Below are positions 19,168 to 28,670 of a stretch of 54,766 bases of DNA, in pieces; position 1 is the stretch's first letter; each line of letters starts with the position of its first letter. The notes under the pieces were generated by a model. The model worked only from the letters and a program-made list of their open reading frames with translations. It had not been told where the DNA came from and made no database searches. The stretch is from Thermoproteota archaeon (GTDB lineage: Archaea; Thermoproteota; EX4484-205; JAAOZP01). The DNA is taken from assembly GCA_049700215.1 (NCBI GenBank), contig JBNAVT010000004.1:39587-94352 (forward strand), read 5' to 3'. A program made the position numbers and the translations under genes.

Positions 19168-19879
19168 ACAATAGTGTTGAAAGGAGGGACACTGCTATCG
19201 GCAGGAGCAGATTATCCTCCACAGTGTAAGCCTCAACCATCGCAGCCATGGTTGAGAGTAGGAGCGAGGCTAGTGGGGGAACACCCGTTAAAATTAAAAC
19301 AGTGAAGAACACTACGAAGCCTGAGAGGCTTCCCTCGAAAGTCTTACTCGTAAACGGAAGCCTGTGAGTACCGGTTAGCCCGCCCACCAGTGTCGCTACA
19401 GCATCAGTCGTCGCTAGGGAAACAACCCCGTAGAACGCGTAATCCTTAAACAGGAAGTATGAGAAGGTTACGCCGAGAATCCCGTAGGTTAAACCTATGT
19501 ATCCACCTCTCTTCTCGTAGTCTCTCTCAACAGTCGACAACTGGTAGTCTATAAGGTCCTCTATCCCGCGGATCTTCTCCTCAATCCTGTCTACAACCTT
19601 GCTGGTAACCCTGCTTTTCAAAGGTATGTAGTTTCTGATATCGTTAAAGAACTTCTCCCTTCTCTCCCTCATGAAGCTCTTAACCTCGCTTCTCAAGAGA
19701 GGCCGCTTAATCTGTATCGCGTTCAGGGTTAAGGCCACTATGCTTAAGACCGCGTAGAAAACCGCGGCGTCAAAAGCTATTTCGAAACAGCTTAGCGCAA
19801 AAGGTAAAAGAAGTATCAGTGAGAGAAAGAAGTGTAAACCCTTTCTGATGAACTCCCTGTAATCCAAGGCCTCACGCAT
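19151..19879 (-). CDS. Dolichol/phytol (polyprenol) kinase family membrane protein
   Basis: RKGLH, DAVATLVG, KTFEGS, EDNLLLP motifs. Confidence 0.82.
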   Translation of the reverse strand: MREALDYREFIRKGLHFFLSLILLLPFALSCFEIAFDAAVFYAVLSIVALTLNAIQIKRPLLRSEVKSFMRERREKFFNDIRNYIPLKSRVTSKVVDRIEEKIRGIEDLIDYQLSTVERDYEKRGGYIGLTYGILGVTFSYFLFKDYAFYGVVSLATTDAVATLVGGLTGTHRLPFTSKTFEGSLSGFVVFFTVLILTGVPPLASLLLSTMAAMVEAYTVEDNLLLPIAVSLLSTLLFKGFS

Positions 19880-19905
19880 ATCTTCAGGTTTCCAGGTTAA
19901 AAGCT

Positions 19906-20886
19906 TTAAGACGCCGTCTCAGAGTCTCCAAGGGTCTTAAAGGCCTTCTCACCCTTCTTGTAAGAATATATGAATGGAATCGCGAAGTCCACTCTGTCAT
20001 TCCTCTGGAACTCTTCGAATATCCTCCTGTTTATTTCATGAGCTATCCTCGGACGGTCAACAGCCAGAGTCATGTATCTAAGCCTAAGATAGACGCCGTA
20101 ATCGTAGAAATCAGATCTCACGTAGGGCTCTACGCCTGTCTCCTTTATTATGTCCTCAGTCACCTCGGCTGCAACCCTCTTCACTATCCTCTCCGCCTCC
20201 TCCCAGTCCGAATCATAGGTTATCCTTACGACAACCTCGTCCAGTATATACGGTTGAGTCGTCTTAACCTCGCTCGTATAGTTTATTATTACGTTTGAGA
20301 AGAGTATAGCATTAGGTATTAAGATTCTCCTTCCAGACGGCTCCTCGCTTCCAATAGTGCCGCCAACCTGGTTTAGAGTTGTGTACATCATTCCAACATC
20401 TAAAACATCTCCTATCAGCCCCCATGCGGGGAGGAAAATACGGTCCCCCACTTTAAACGGGCGCCTTATGTTTATCAGGAACCATGCTGCAAGTCCAGTG
20501 ACCGGCTGCTGCAGGGACCATCCTAGAAACATTCCTCCGAAGGCTCCGAGCGCGGTGGCGAAGGTCAACCCACCTCCGGTGAAAATGCTTACGATCAACA
20601 GGATTCCGATGAAAAATATGATTGAACGCAGAAAGTTCGTCAGCATTTTCACGTCTCCGCGTTTCCCACCGGCGCGAATTATAGTGGAGGAAATCATGTA
20701 GGATAGCACCACGTACATTATGTAGACGCCGGCTGCAACGAGCAGGGCCTGAATAATAGTTGCCGGCTCAACCTCTATTGTAAAAATAGGAGGCAGGAGA
20801 GGTATTACTGTCCTGCCGTAAATGATGAACAATACTAGAATTATCAGTACGGCTACGATTAGCCCCATTGTCTTAAGGCTTCTCAT
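19906..20886 (-). CDS. mscS: Small-conductance mechanosensitive channel
   Basis: N-terminal TMs, RPFKVGDRI, IPNAILFSNVIINY. Confidence 0.88.
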   Translation of the reverse strand: MRSLKTMGLIVAVLIILVLFIIYGRTVIPLLPPIFTIEVEPATIIQALLVAAGVYIMYVVLSYMISSTIIRAGGKRGDVKMLTNFLRSIIFFIGILLIVSIFTGGGLTFATALGAFGGMFLGWSLQQPVTGLAAWFLINIRRPFKVGDRIFLPAWGLIGDVLDVGMMYTTLNQVGGTIGSEEPSGRRILIPNAILFSNVIINYTSEVKTTQPYILDEVVVRITYDSDWEEAERIVKRVAAEVTEDIIKETGVEPYVRSDFYDYGVYLRLRYMTLAVDRPRIAHEINRRIFEEFQRNDRVDFAIPFIYSYKKGEKAFKTLGDSETAS

Positions 20887-21007
20887 GTAGACGGTGATTA
20901 TCCATCAGCGTTATTTAAGGCTTCTATACGCGGCGTCTAAACAAGTTTTTACATCAGTAAATTAAAAAGCCTTAAATAGAGAATCGTTTCAGAGGACGCT
21001 CCTGAAC

Positions 21008-23185
21008 TTGGGGAATGATGAAGCTCGCAGAATCCTGCTAGAAAAGATGAGCGAGGAAGAAAGGAAGCTGGTTGAAAAAATGCTTAAGCCGGGGGAGATA
21101 GTTTTATCAGTTGCGAAAGGAGACCTGGGTGAAGACGGCAGTTTCTCAAACTACCTCTTTATAGTTACGAACGGACGGGTATTGAAGATTGATGCTGAAG
21201 ATAGAGCTAAAATTATGGAATTAGAGATTCAGAAGGCTACGCAGGTAGTCTTCAACGACTACCTTGGAAACAGTGAGCTAATCCTGATAGTCGACGGTAA
21301 AGAGGTTTCTGTAGCAAGGTTTTCAAGGGATAAAATAGGCGAGTTCAGGCATGCGGCGGGAGTGATAGACGCGCTTCTCCAGTATAAAGACCCTAGGGAA
21401 ATAGAGTTCAAGCTCTACCTTGAAAACAACGGGAAGAGCAGGAGGAGCGCCATAATCTGGCTCATGTCCTATCTCAAGCCCCACTGGTATTTAGTGTTGA
21501 CGGGCTTAACACTATCCGTAGTGATAACAGGCCTGAACCTAGTGCCCCCCTCCTTGCTTAGAACACTCATAGACCAGATAGCCACTCAAAAACAGGAGGC
21601 CACTCTGCTAAACCTGACTATTCTCCTAATAACCATTTACGCGTTGAACACCTTGCTTGGAATACTTCAAAACTATTCGCTTTCACTGCTAAGCCAGAAA
21701 CTGGTTTACGGCATGAGGAGAGACCTGTATAGTCATGTGCAGGACCTCTCAATGTCGTTCTACGACAAGATGAGCACTGGGAGAGTTATTTCAAGGATTA
21801 CTGATGACATTGGGAGAGTCCAATGGTTCTTGGTTTGGGGAATACCCAGCTTAATCATAAACATTCTTTCGATAATTGGAATAGGCATCATAATATTCAC
21901 AATGGACTATAGATTGTCTCTCTTCGCACTACTGCCTTTCCCGCTGATAATCCTTGGGCTCCCAAGATTCAGATCTAAAGCTAGGCTTGTCTACCACAAA
22001 GCCTGGAGGAAATGGGCTGATGTTAGCTCCCTACTCGTTGACACGATACCTGGAATATCTGTCGTAAAGTCTTTCGCGAAGGAAAAGGGAGAGGTTAACA
22101 GGTTTACTGAGAAAATGAATGAGGTGGTAGGGGCAAACCTCGACATAACAAGGTTGCATCTAGGGTTTTTCCCAATCCTAGGGTTCGTAAGCTCCGCTGG
22201 GGCAGCGATAGTGTGGTATGTCGGCGGATTACACGTGATTAGTGGAGACATATCACCCGGCACGCTTGTCGCTTTCGTCAGCTACATGTGGATGTTCTAC
22301 GGTCCGATTCAAACAGTAACCAACCTTGCTGAACCACTCCAGCAGGCAATAACCTCTGGAGAACGGATCCTTGAAATCCTGAGGATCGACCCTACGGTGA
22401 AAGACGCTCCCGATGCTAAGGATTTCGAGATAATGGGGAACATAAAGTTTGAAAACGTTACATTCGGATATGAGCCCTTCATACCGGTTTTGAAAAACAT
22501 AAACCTTGAAATAAGAAAAGGCGAGATGGTTGGGATAGTTGGGCAAAGCGGCTCTGGGAAGACGACTCTGACAAAACTGTTGCTAAGGTTCTACGACGCG
22601 AATGAGGGCAGGATTCTGATAGACGGTGTCGACATAAGGAAAATCAAGTTGGAAAGATTGAGGAAAAGCATAGGAATAGTTGCTCAAGACCCCTTCCTTT
22701 TCGACAATTCCGTTTTATTCAACATAACATACGGTCTTGAAAAAGTGGATTTGAAGAAAGTGATAGCGGCTGCGAAGGCGGCGAATATTCACGATACAAT
22801 AATGGGCCTCCCGTTGGCTTACGATTCCCCCGTTGGGGAGAGAGGCTCCAGGCTTTCAGGAGGAGAGAGGCAGAGGGTTGCGATAGCGAGAGCAATAATT
22901 CTTGAGCCCAAGATCCTAATAATGGATGAGGCAACATCTTCAGTTGACACACTAGCAGAGAGACAGATACAGCAGGCCCTGGACAATATTTCTAAAGAGA
23001 GAACCACGATAGTGATTGCACATAGACTCTCAACCCTTCAAAGATCGAACAAGATAGTGGTGATGGATAAGGGCAGGATTGTTGAAACCGGGACTCACGA
23101 GGAGCTCTTGAGACTGAACGGGCTGTATGCTAAAATATACAGGGCACAGTTTGCGGAGGCTGAGAAACAAGTTGCCGTTGCTTGA
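21008..23185 (+). CDS. Fused ABC exporter (TMD+NBD) with ~140-aa soluble N-terminal extension
   Basis: GQSGSGKT, LSGGERQR, IMDEATSS, AHR; all NBD motifs canonical. Confidence 0.92.
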   Translation: MGNDEARRILLEKMSEEERKLVEKMLKPGEIVLSVAKGDLGEDGSFSNYLFIVTNGRVLKIDAEDRAKIMELEIQKATQVVFNDYLGNSELILIVDGKEVSVARFSRDKIGEFRHAAGVIDALLQYKDPREIEFKLYLENNGKSRRSAIIWLMSYLKPHWYLVLTGLTLSVVITGLNLVPPSLLRTLIDQIATQKQEATLLNLTILLITIYALNTLLGILQNYSLSLLSQKLVYGMRRDLYSHVQDLSMSFYDKMSTGRVISRITDDIGRVQWFLVWGIPSLIINILSIIGIGIIIFTMDYRLSLFALLPFPLIILGLPRFRSKARLVYHKAWRKWADVSSLLVDTIPGISVVKSFAKEKGEVNRFTEKMNEVVGANLDITRLHLGFFPILGFVSSAGAAIVWYVGGLHVISGDISPGTLVAFVSYMWMFYGPIQTVTNLAEPLQQAITSGERILEILRIDPTVKDAPDAKDFEIMGNIKFENVTFGYEPFIPVLKNINLEIRKGEMVGIVGQSGSGKTTLTKLLLRFYDANEGRILIDGVDIRKIKLERLRKSIGIVAQDPFLFDNSVLFNITYGLEKVDLKKVIAAAKAANIHDTIMGLPLAYDSPVGERGSRLSGGERQRVAIARAIILEPKILIMDEATSSVDTLAERQIQQALDNISKERTTIVIAHRLSTLQRSNKIVVMDKGRIVETGTHEELLRLNGLYAKIYRAQFAEAEKQVAVA

Positions 23186-23675
23186 AGACTTCCTCAGCAA
23201 GACATGGGTTATTGATGCGGATAAGGTGAGGATTCTTAAGGGAGACAAGCCCAATACTGTGAAGATACTGGGAAGCAACGGTGCGTTTCTCGAGGTGGTT
23301 CCAAGGAAGCCTTTCCCGATAAGCCATCCTTACTTCCTGATATTTACCGACACCCAGGGAAACGAGGTGTGCATAGTGGAAGACTATAGAAAGATGAGTG
23401 GCGAGTCTAGGAGAATTCTTGAAGAGACGCTTGAAAAACTCTATTTCATGCCCATTATCAGGAGGGTGAGGAAGATGGAGACGAGCGGGGACGAGTTCAT
23501 ATGGCATGTGGAGACGGACAGAGGGTTTAAAGAGTTTAGAACCAGGGGAAGGAGGAGTGTGAGTAGGACGGGGGAGAAGATCGTGATTATCGATACTAAC
23601 GATAATGTTTACATAGTTGAAGACATTAATAAGATCGACGAGCGGAGCAGGGTGCTTCTTGAAACAGTGACGTAA
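23172..23675 (+). CDS. DUF1854-family protein
   Basis: R.FPISHP...D.QGNEVCIV..Y..M...SR.ILEE.L...YF.P.I, W.VETDRG, D.N.N.Y; overlaps the ABC gene end. Confidence 0.8.
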   Translation: MPLLEDFLSKTWVIDADKVRILKGDKPNTVKILGSNGAFLEVVPRKPFPISHPYFLIFTDTQGNEVCIVEDYRKMSGESRRILEETLEKLYFMPIIRRVRKMETSGDEFIWHVETDRGFKEFRTRGRRSVSRTGEKIVIIDTNDNVYIVEDINKIDERSRVLLETVT

Positions 23676-23760
23676 AAAAATATCATGGCTGTTTTTCTGG
23701 ATAACGCCAGAATGTGTTTTCAGCAACTTTTAAATAGTTTTGTACAAGGTGATTATAAAA

Positions 23761-25509
23761 ATGCCAAGTAACACTAGACATCCCTTCCTAAGGATTTTAG
23801 CCTATGCTAGGCAGGAAAAAACCCTGCTTCTAGTAACGTTAATCATGATTATATCGGGAGCCTTGGTGAACATAGTGAGCCCCATTGTTGCAGGAAGAGT
23901 TATTGACGTAACAATCGTAAAAGCGTTGTCAGAATTATGGCTTTACGCAGCAGCAATAATGGTCCTAACCCTTTCCTCAGGAGGAATATCCTTCCTGCGC
24001 GAGTATTTAAGCGAAAACTTAGCGCAGAGGATAGTATACAGGATTAGAATCAGTATTTACCGGCATCTACAGGATTTATCATACAGCTTTTACGACAGGG
24101 TTGATTCGGGGCAGATCATAACCAGGGTCACCAGAGATACTGAAAACATAGGTAGACTACTTGGTTTCGCACTCCCAGACATAATAGGCTCCGTAGCTAC
24201 TCTAATAATTGTCGTCATAATCCTCTTAACCACCAACTTTAGCCTTGCCCTAATAGCGTTAGCAATAGCACCATTCATAGCGGTAGTTTCCATATCTTTC
24301 AACCGTTTTGTAAGGCCTTTGTTCGAAAGGATTTGGATTGAGACGAGCGGGATGAGCGCAATGATTCAGGAAACGGTTTCAGGCTTTAAGGCTTTGAAGA
24401 CCCTCGGCGGAGAGGAGGAGATGTTTAAAAGGTTTGAGAAGAAAAACAGGGAGATATACGACATTGGTATGAGGAGTGTTTTCCTAAGCTCGCTAACATG
24501 GCCTTCACTCGGGTTAATAATCGGAATGGGGTCGGCAGCCGTATACTGGTACGGTGGCTTCCAAGTTATTGGAGGAGAGATCAGCCTTGGCCAGCTCGTC
24601 ACTTTCACGATGTATCTTGGCATGCTCGTCTGGCCGATAATGTCGATAGGGTTCGTGCTTTCCAGATATGCGGAGGCAATGGTCTCAGCGCATAGGATAT
24701 TCGAGGTGCTTGACACTGAGCCCGAGGTTAAGGAGAAGCCAGGCGCGATAGAGTTGAAAAACATCAGGGGGGAAGTGTGCTTTAAAGACGTGGTTTTCGG
24801 TTATGATAAGGATAAGCCGATACTCCGAGGGATGAGCTTCAAAGTTAAGCCGGGGGAGAAAGTGGCTTTAGTGGGAGCAACTGGTTCTGGGAAAAGCACG
24901 GTGATAAAGCTAATACCCAGGTTCTACGATCCCCAAGAGGGCTGCATCCTGATAGACGGCGTGGACATTCGCGACGTCAAGATAAGCTCGCTTAGGAAAC
25001 ACGTAGGCATAGTGCATCAAGACGTTTTCCTCTTCCCCACCACTATAAGGGAGAACATTGCTTACGGCAAGCCTAACGCTACACGGGATGAGATAGAGAG
25101 GGCGGCGAAGGCGGCGAGAATACACGACTTCATAATGAGCCTTCCAAAAGGGTATGATACTGTGGTCGGCGAGAGGGGGGTGACTCTCTCAGGAGGGCAA
25201 AGGCAGAGGCTGGCGATAGCCCGAGCCCTACTTGTAAACCCCTCCATACTCATCCTGGATGACTCAACTTCGAGCGTAGATGCTGAAACAGAGAAGGAAA
25301 TATATGAATCTTTAAAGGAGCTAGTTAAGAACAAGACTGTCTTCATAGTCACGCAGAGGCTTTCAACACTCAAACTAAGCGAAAGAATAATCGTTATAGA
25401 AGACGGCAAGGTGGTTGAAGACGGGACTCACGAGGAACTAATGAGGAAGGGAGGAGTCTACGCTAAGCTATACGTCTCTCAATATGCTTTTCAGGAGGTG
25501 GAACCATAG
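23761..25509 (+). CDS. Heterodimeric ABC exporter, subunit with degenerate Walker B and switch
   Basis: GATGSGKS, LSGGQRQR, ILILDDSTS (E to D), VTQR (H to Q). Confidence 0.92.
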   Translation: MPSNTRHPFLRILAYARQEKTLLLVTLIMIISGALVNIVSPIVAGRVIDVTIVKALSELWLYAAAIMVLTLSSGGISFLREYLSENLAQRIVYRIRISIYRHLQDLSYSFYDRVDSGQIITRVTRDTENIGRLLGFALPDIIGSVATLIIVVIILLTTNFSLALIALAIAPFIAVVSISFNRFVRPLFERIWIETSGMSAMIQETVSGFKALKTLGGEEEMFKRFEKKNREIYDIGMRSVFLSSLTWPSLGLIIGMGSAAVYWYGGFQVIGGEISLGQLVTFTMYLGMLVWPIMSIGFVLSRYAEAMVSAHRIFEVLDTEPEVKEKPGAIELKNIRGEVCFKDVVFGYDKDKPILRGMSFKVKPGEKVALVGATGSGKSTVIKLIPRFYDPQEGCILIDGVDIRDVKISSLRKHVGIVHQDVFLFPTTIRENIAYGKPNATRDEIERAAKAARIHDFIMSLPKGYDTVVGERGVTLSGGQRQRLAIARALLVNPSILILDDSTSSVDAETEKEIYESLKELVKNKTVFIVTQRLSTLKLSERIIVIEDGKVVEDGTHEELMRKGGVYAKLYVSQYAFQEVEP

Positions 25510-25510
25510 G

Positions 25511-27313
25511 ATGGGGTGGCATTTTCGCCAGGCTGCCGAGGCCGAGGGGAAGCCTAGGGAGATAGCCTCCAGAACACTGGTCGCGTGGCTTCTCCGATGG
25601 CTAAGCCCCATGAAGCTACAGGTAATCATGCTCTTGACCGTCGCGTTGGCCTCTATAGCAGTCAACGTGGTAAGCCCATACGTCAGCAAGCTTCTAATAG
25701 ACGAGGGCATCATGCAGCACAACCCTGACGCCCTAGTGAAATACGTCATCATGCTGGCAGGGATTGCCGCGGGAGGGTGGGTGTTAGGTTTCGCCAGGGG
25801 CAGCCTGTCAGGCAGGATAAACCAGAGGCTTCTTTACAGTATGAGGGGAACCGTTTTCAAACACATGGAGGAAATGGATATTGCACACGTTAACGTTGAG
25901 AGAACCGGTAAAATAATTTCGCTGATAATAAACGACATAAGCTCCATCGGGGAAGTAACTACCTCGGGAACGATAGAAGCCATAATAGGGTCAGCAACAC
26001 TGGTCGGCTCGCTATACGTCATGTTCACCCTGCACACAGGGTTAAGCCTAGCCACTCTCGCAATAGTTCCCCTAATGCTGTTCCTATCAAGGTATTTCGC
26101 CATTAAAACGAGACAAGCCTACAGGCAAACCAGAGAGAAGCTTAGCGAGTTGACGAGCAGCGTTGAGCAGAGCGTCTCAGGTTCAAGGGTTTCCCAGTCG
26201 TTTGCAGAGAGGAGAAACGTTGACATCGCTTCATTCGACAGGCTCAGTGCTGAAACCATGAGGACAAATCTCCGTGCGAGGATTGTTTTCGCAATGATCA
26301 GGCCTTCGCTCGACGCCATTAGGACTCTCTCATACGTTATACTGATACTTTACGGTGGCAGCCTTGTTGCATCCGGAGAAATCAGCATTGGGATTCTTAT
26401 CGCATTCTACGGGTATGCCGACATGTTCTATAGGCCTATAATCACTCTAACAACCTTCTACAGCACGTTACAAGCAGCCTTGGCAGCGGCTGAAAGAGTC
26501 TATCTTTTCCTACAGGTGAAGCCTAAGGTTGTGGAGTCTGAGGGAGCAAGATGGATAGAGATAAAGAGAGGTAAAATCGAGTTGAAGAATGTTCATTTCA
26601 ACTACGATGGAAACACTGTTTTCCAAGGGTTGGACTTTCAAGTCAACCCGGGCGAGATAGTTGCCGTAGTCGGCCCCACTGGAGCAGGTAAAACAACCTT
26701 AACAAACCTCATACTGAGGCTTTACGACCCCAAGTCCGGGGAGGTTTTGATAGACGGCCATAATGTTAAGGATTTCTCGTTTAACTCCCTCAGGAAACAG
26801 GTAGCTCTTGTACCGCAGGAACCCATACTGTTTAATGGCACGATCTTGGAAAACATAAGGCTGGGCAATATGGAGGCTTCTGACGAGGATGTTAAGAAGG
26901 TTGCTTCAGAACTTGGCTTAGAAGACCTGATAAACAGGATGCCGCAGAAGTATGAGACAGTAGTGTCCCCCGGAGGGGGGAACCTCTCGCTCGGGGAAAG
27001 ACAGTTAATAAGCTTCGCAAGAGCCATGCTTAAAGATCCGAAGATTCTCATACTGGATGAGGCTACAAGCAGCTTGGACTCCTACACCGAGTCGCTTCTC
27101 CAGAAAGCAATGGTAAAGCTCATGAAAGGCAGAACATGCATAATTATTGCCCACAGGCTTTCAACAGTTAAGCTTGCGCACAGAATAGTTTTCCTAGATA
27201 ACGGAAGGATAATTGAGGAAGGAACTCATGAGGAACTGATGAAGAAGGGCGGTGCGTACGCCAAGCTTTACGAGCTTCAATTCGGTGCGGCTCCTGAAAT
27301 AAAGGTAAAGTAA
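25511..27313 (+). CDS. Heterodimeric ABC exporter, partner subunit
   Basis: GPTGAGKT, non-canonical signature LSLGERQ, ILDEATSS, AHR; SD GGAGGTG before ATG 25511. Confidence 0.92.
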   Translation: MGWHFRQAAEAEGKPREIASRTLVAWLLRWLSPMKLQVIMLLTVALASIAVNVVSPYVSKLLIDEGIMQHNPDALVKYVIMLAGIAAGGWVLGFARGSLSGRINQRLLYSMRGTVFKHMEEMDIAHVNVERTGKIISLIINDISSIGEVTTSGTIEAIIGSATLVGSLYVMFTLHTGLSLATLAIVPLMLFLSRYFAIKTRQAYRQTREKLSELTSSVEQSVSGSRVSQSFAERRNVDIASFDRLSAETMRTNLRARIVFAMIRPSLDAIRTLSYVILILYGGSLVASGEISIGILIAFYGYADMFYRPIITLTTFYSTLQAALAAAERVYLFLQVKPKVVESEGARWIEIKRGKIELKNVHFNYDGNTVFQGLDFQVNPGEIVAVVGPTGAGKTTLTNLILRLYDPKSGEVLIDGHNVKDFSFNSLRKQVALVPQEPILFNGTILENIRLGNMEASDEDVKKVASELGLEDLINRMPQKYETVVSPGGGNLSLGERQLISFARAMLKDPKILILDEATSSLDSYTESLLQKAMVKLMKGRTCIIIAHRLSTVKLAHRIVFLDNGRIIEEGTHEELMKKGGAYAKLYELQFGAAPEIKVK

Positions 27314-27397
27314 TCAACCACCCCTTGCCCAGTTTAAGATTCTTTTTAACCCTAAGATGAAAAATGCGCGTTATAAAACACGTTTCCGAATTTATTT

Positions 27398-28513
27398 CTA
27401 TGCCAGGTTTTCAGCCTCGGTCAAAAGCTTTCTAGCATCCGTTTCAGAGACGCAGAAAGTCTGAACTAGTACTTTCCTAGAGTAAAGCGCCTTAAGCATC
27501 GGAATCACCTTTTCCCTAGGCATATACAGCACTAAAAGCTTCCCGGCTTCCAGGATCTTCCTGTAAAGAGGAATCCATTTTGGTGATCCACAATCATTCC
27601 CCCGCAGTTCTTCCCCTGCACCCGGTACCCACTGAATGCCATCCAGCCTCTCAACTTTAAGCAGCGAATCCAGATGCGGTATTTCCCCGGGGCCATCGAG
27701 ATGATATATTATTCTATCCAGCCTTTCACACTGCTCTTTGACATGAGGGAGTACAAACTCGTTGAAAAGCTTTGGAGAGAGCATGAACGCGAAATCACAC
27801 TGAATCGGATACCATCTTTCAGGACACCATATGCCCATCCAAGCAGACGTACCCTCTATGCGCCTTCTTATTATCCTGTCCAACTCCTCGTAGCACATGT
27901 GCCAGTATTCTATAATCTTAGAGGAGAGTGATTTAACGTCCTCAGGATTCTTAACAAGGTCGACGATCAGGTTTTCAGGGCCTCGCAGCGAGGCGGCGAC
28001 ATCCAGTATTCCACCAAGGTCGGTCATGCCAACTATGCCGAACCCAGCCAGGCTTTCAGAAGCTGTTTCAGTTATTCTCTTCGTAAGCATCCACCACTCG
28101 TTAGCGGGGTCGAATTCTAAGCGGCGTAACTCCTCCCAGCTTTTCCCAAGCGCGTTATTTCTCTGAGCCCCAAACCATACTGTCTCACTCTCCAAGACTG
28201 GTTCCGCACCCAAGTATGCACCAAGAACACCGGCGCCAAGGTTTACCCACAGATTCGGATAGGCTTCCCCCCCATAGTATGTTTCTGCACACTGCCTCCG
28301 AAAACCCTTTATGTTTTTAGCTATAGCAGCCGGATCCTTAATGCCTCTCGGAAAACCCCAGTGATCATAGTCGAATCTCACATCCTCTTCCGAAGCATAC
28401 TTCGGGCTGCTTCGGGGAGCGAACACTTGTATAAGAGGCCTGTCTAAAGAATCCTTCTCCCACCAGGCTGAGAACCGCTCCTTAGCCTCGGCCCAATCCT
28501 CTTTAAAGAACAT
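27398..28513 (-). CDS. UroD/MtaA-fold TIM-barrel protein, putative corrinoid-dependent methyltransferase
   Basis: KEDW...ERF.AWW....DRP N-terminus, LRGPENL..DL, QCDFAFMLSP..F.EFVLP, YHLDGPG, IQWVPGAG; divergent from the corrinoid activator gene. Confidence 0.72.
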   Translation of the reverse strand: MFFKEDWAEAKERFSAWWEKDSLDRPLIQVFAPRSSPKYASEEDVRFDYDHWGFPRGIKDPAAIAKNIKGFRRQCAETYYGGEAYPNLWVNLGAGVLGAYLGAEPVLESETVWFGAQRNNALGKSWEELRRLEFDPANEWWMLTKRITETASESLAGFGIVGMTDLGGILDVAASLRGPENLIVDLVKNPEDVKSLSSKIIEYWHMCYEELDRIIRRRIEGTSAWMGIWCPERWYPIQCDFAFMLSPKLFNEFVLPHVKEQCERLDRIIYHLDGPGEIPHLDSLLKVERLDGIQWVPGAGEELRGNDCGSPKWIPLYRKILEAGKLLVLYMPREKVIPMLKALYSRKVLVQTFCVSETDARKLLTEAENLA

Positions 28514-28670
28514 GACGGCTGACTCAAAGAAATCCGGATAAAAGTTTTTCGCAGAATAGCGTTTCATAGCTGCTAAGCGTCTTAATGAAGTAACTTAGCG
28601 TAGAACCGTGACCTGTTTAAGGCTAAACATTATTTAAAGCTTATTTACTCTTTATCAGAACTGCAAACCC

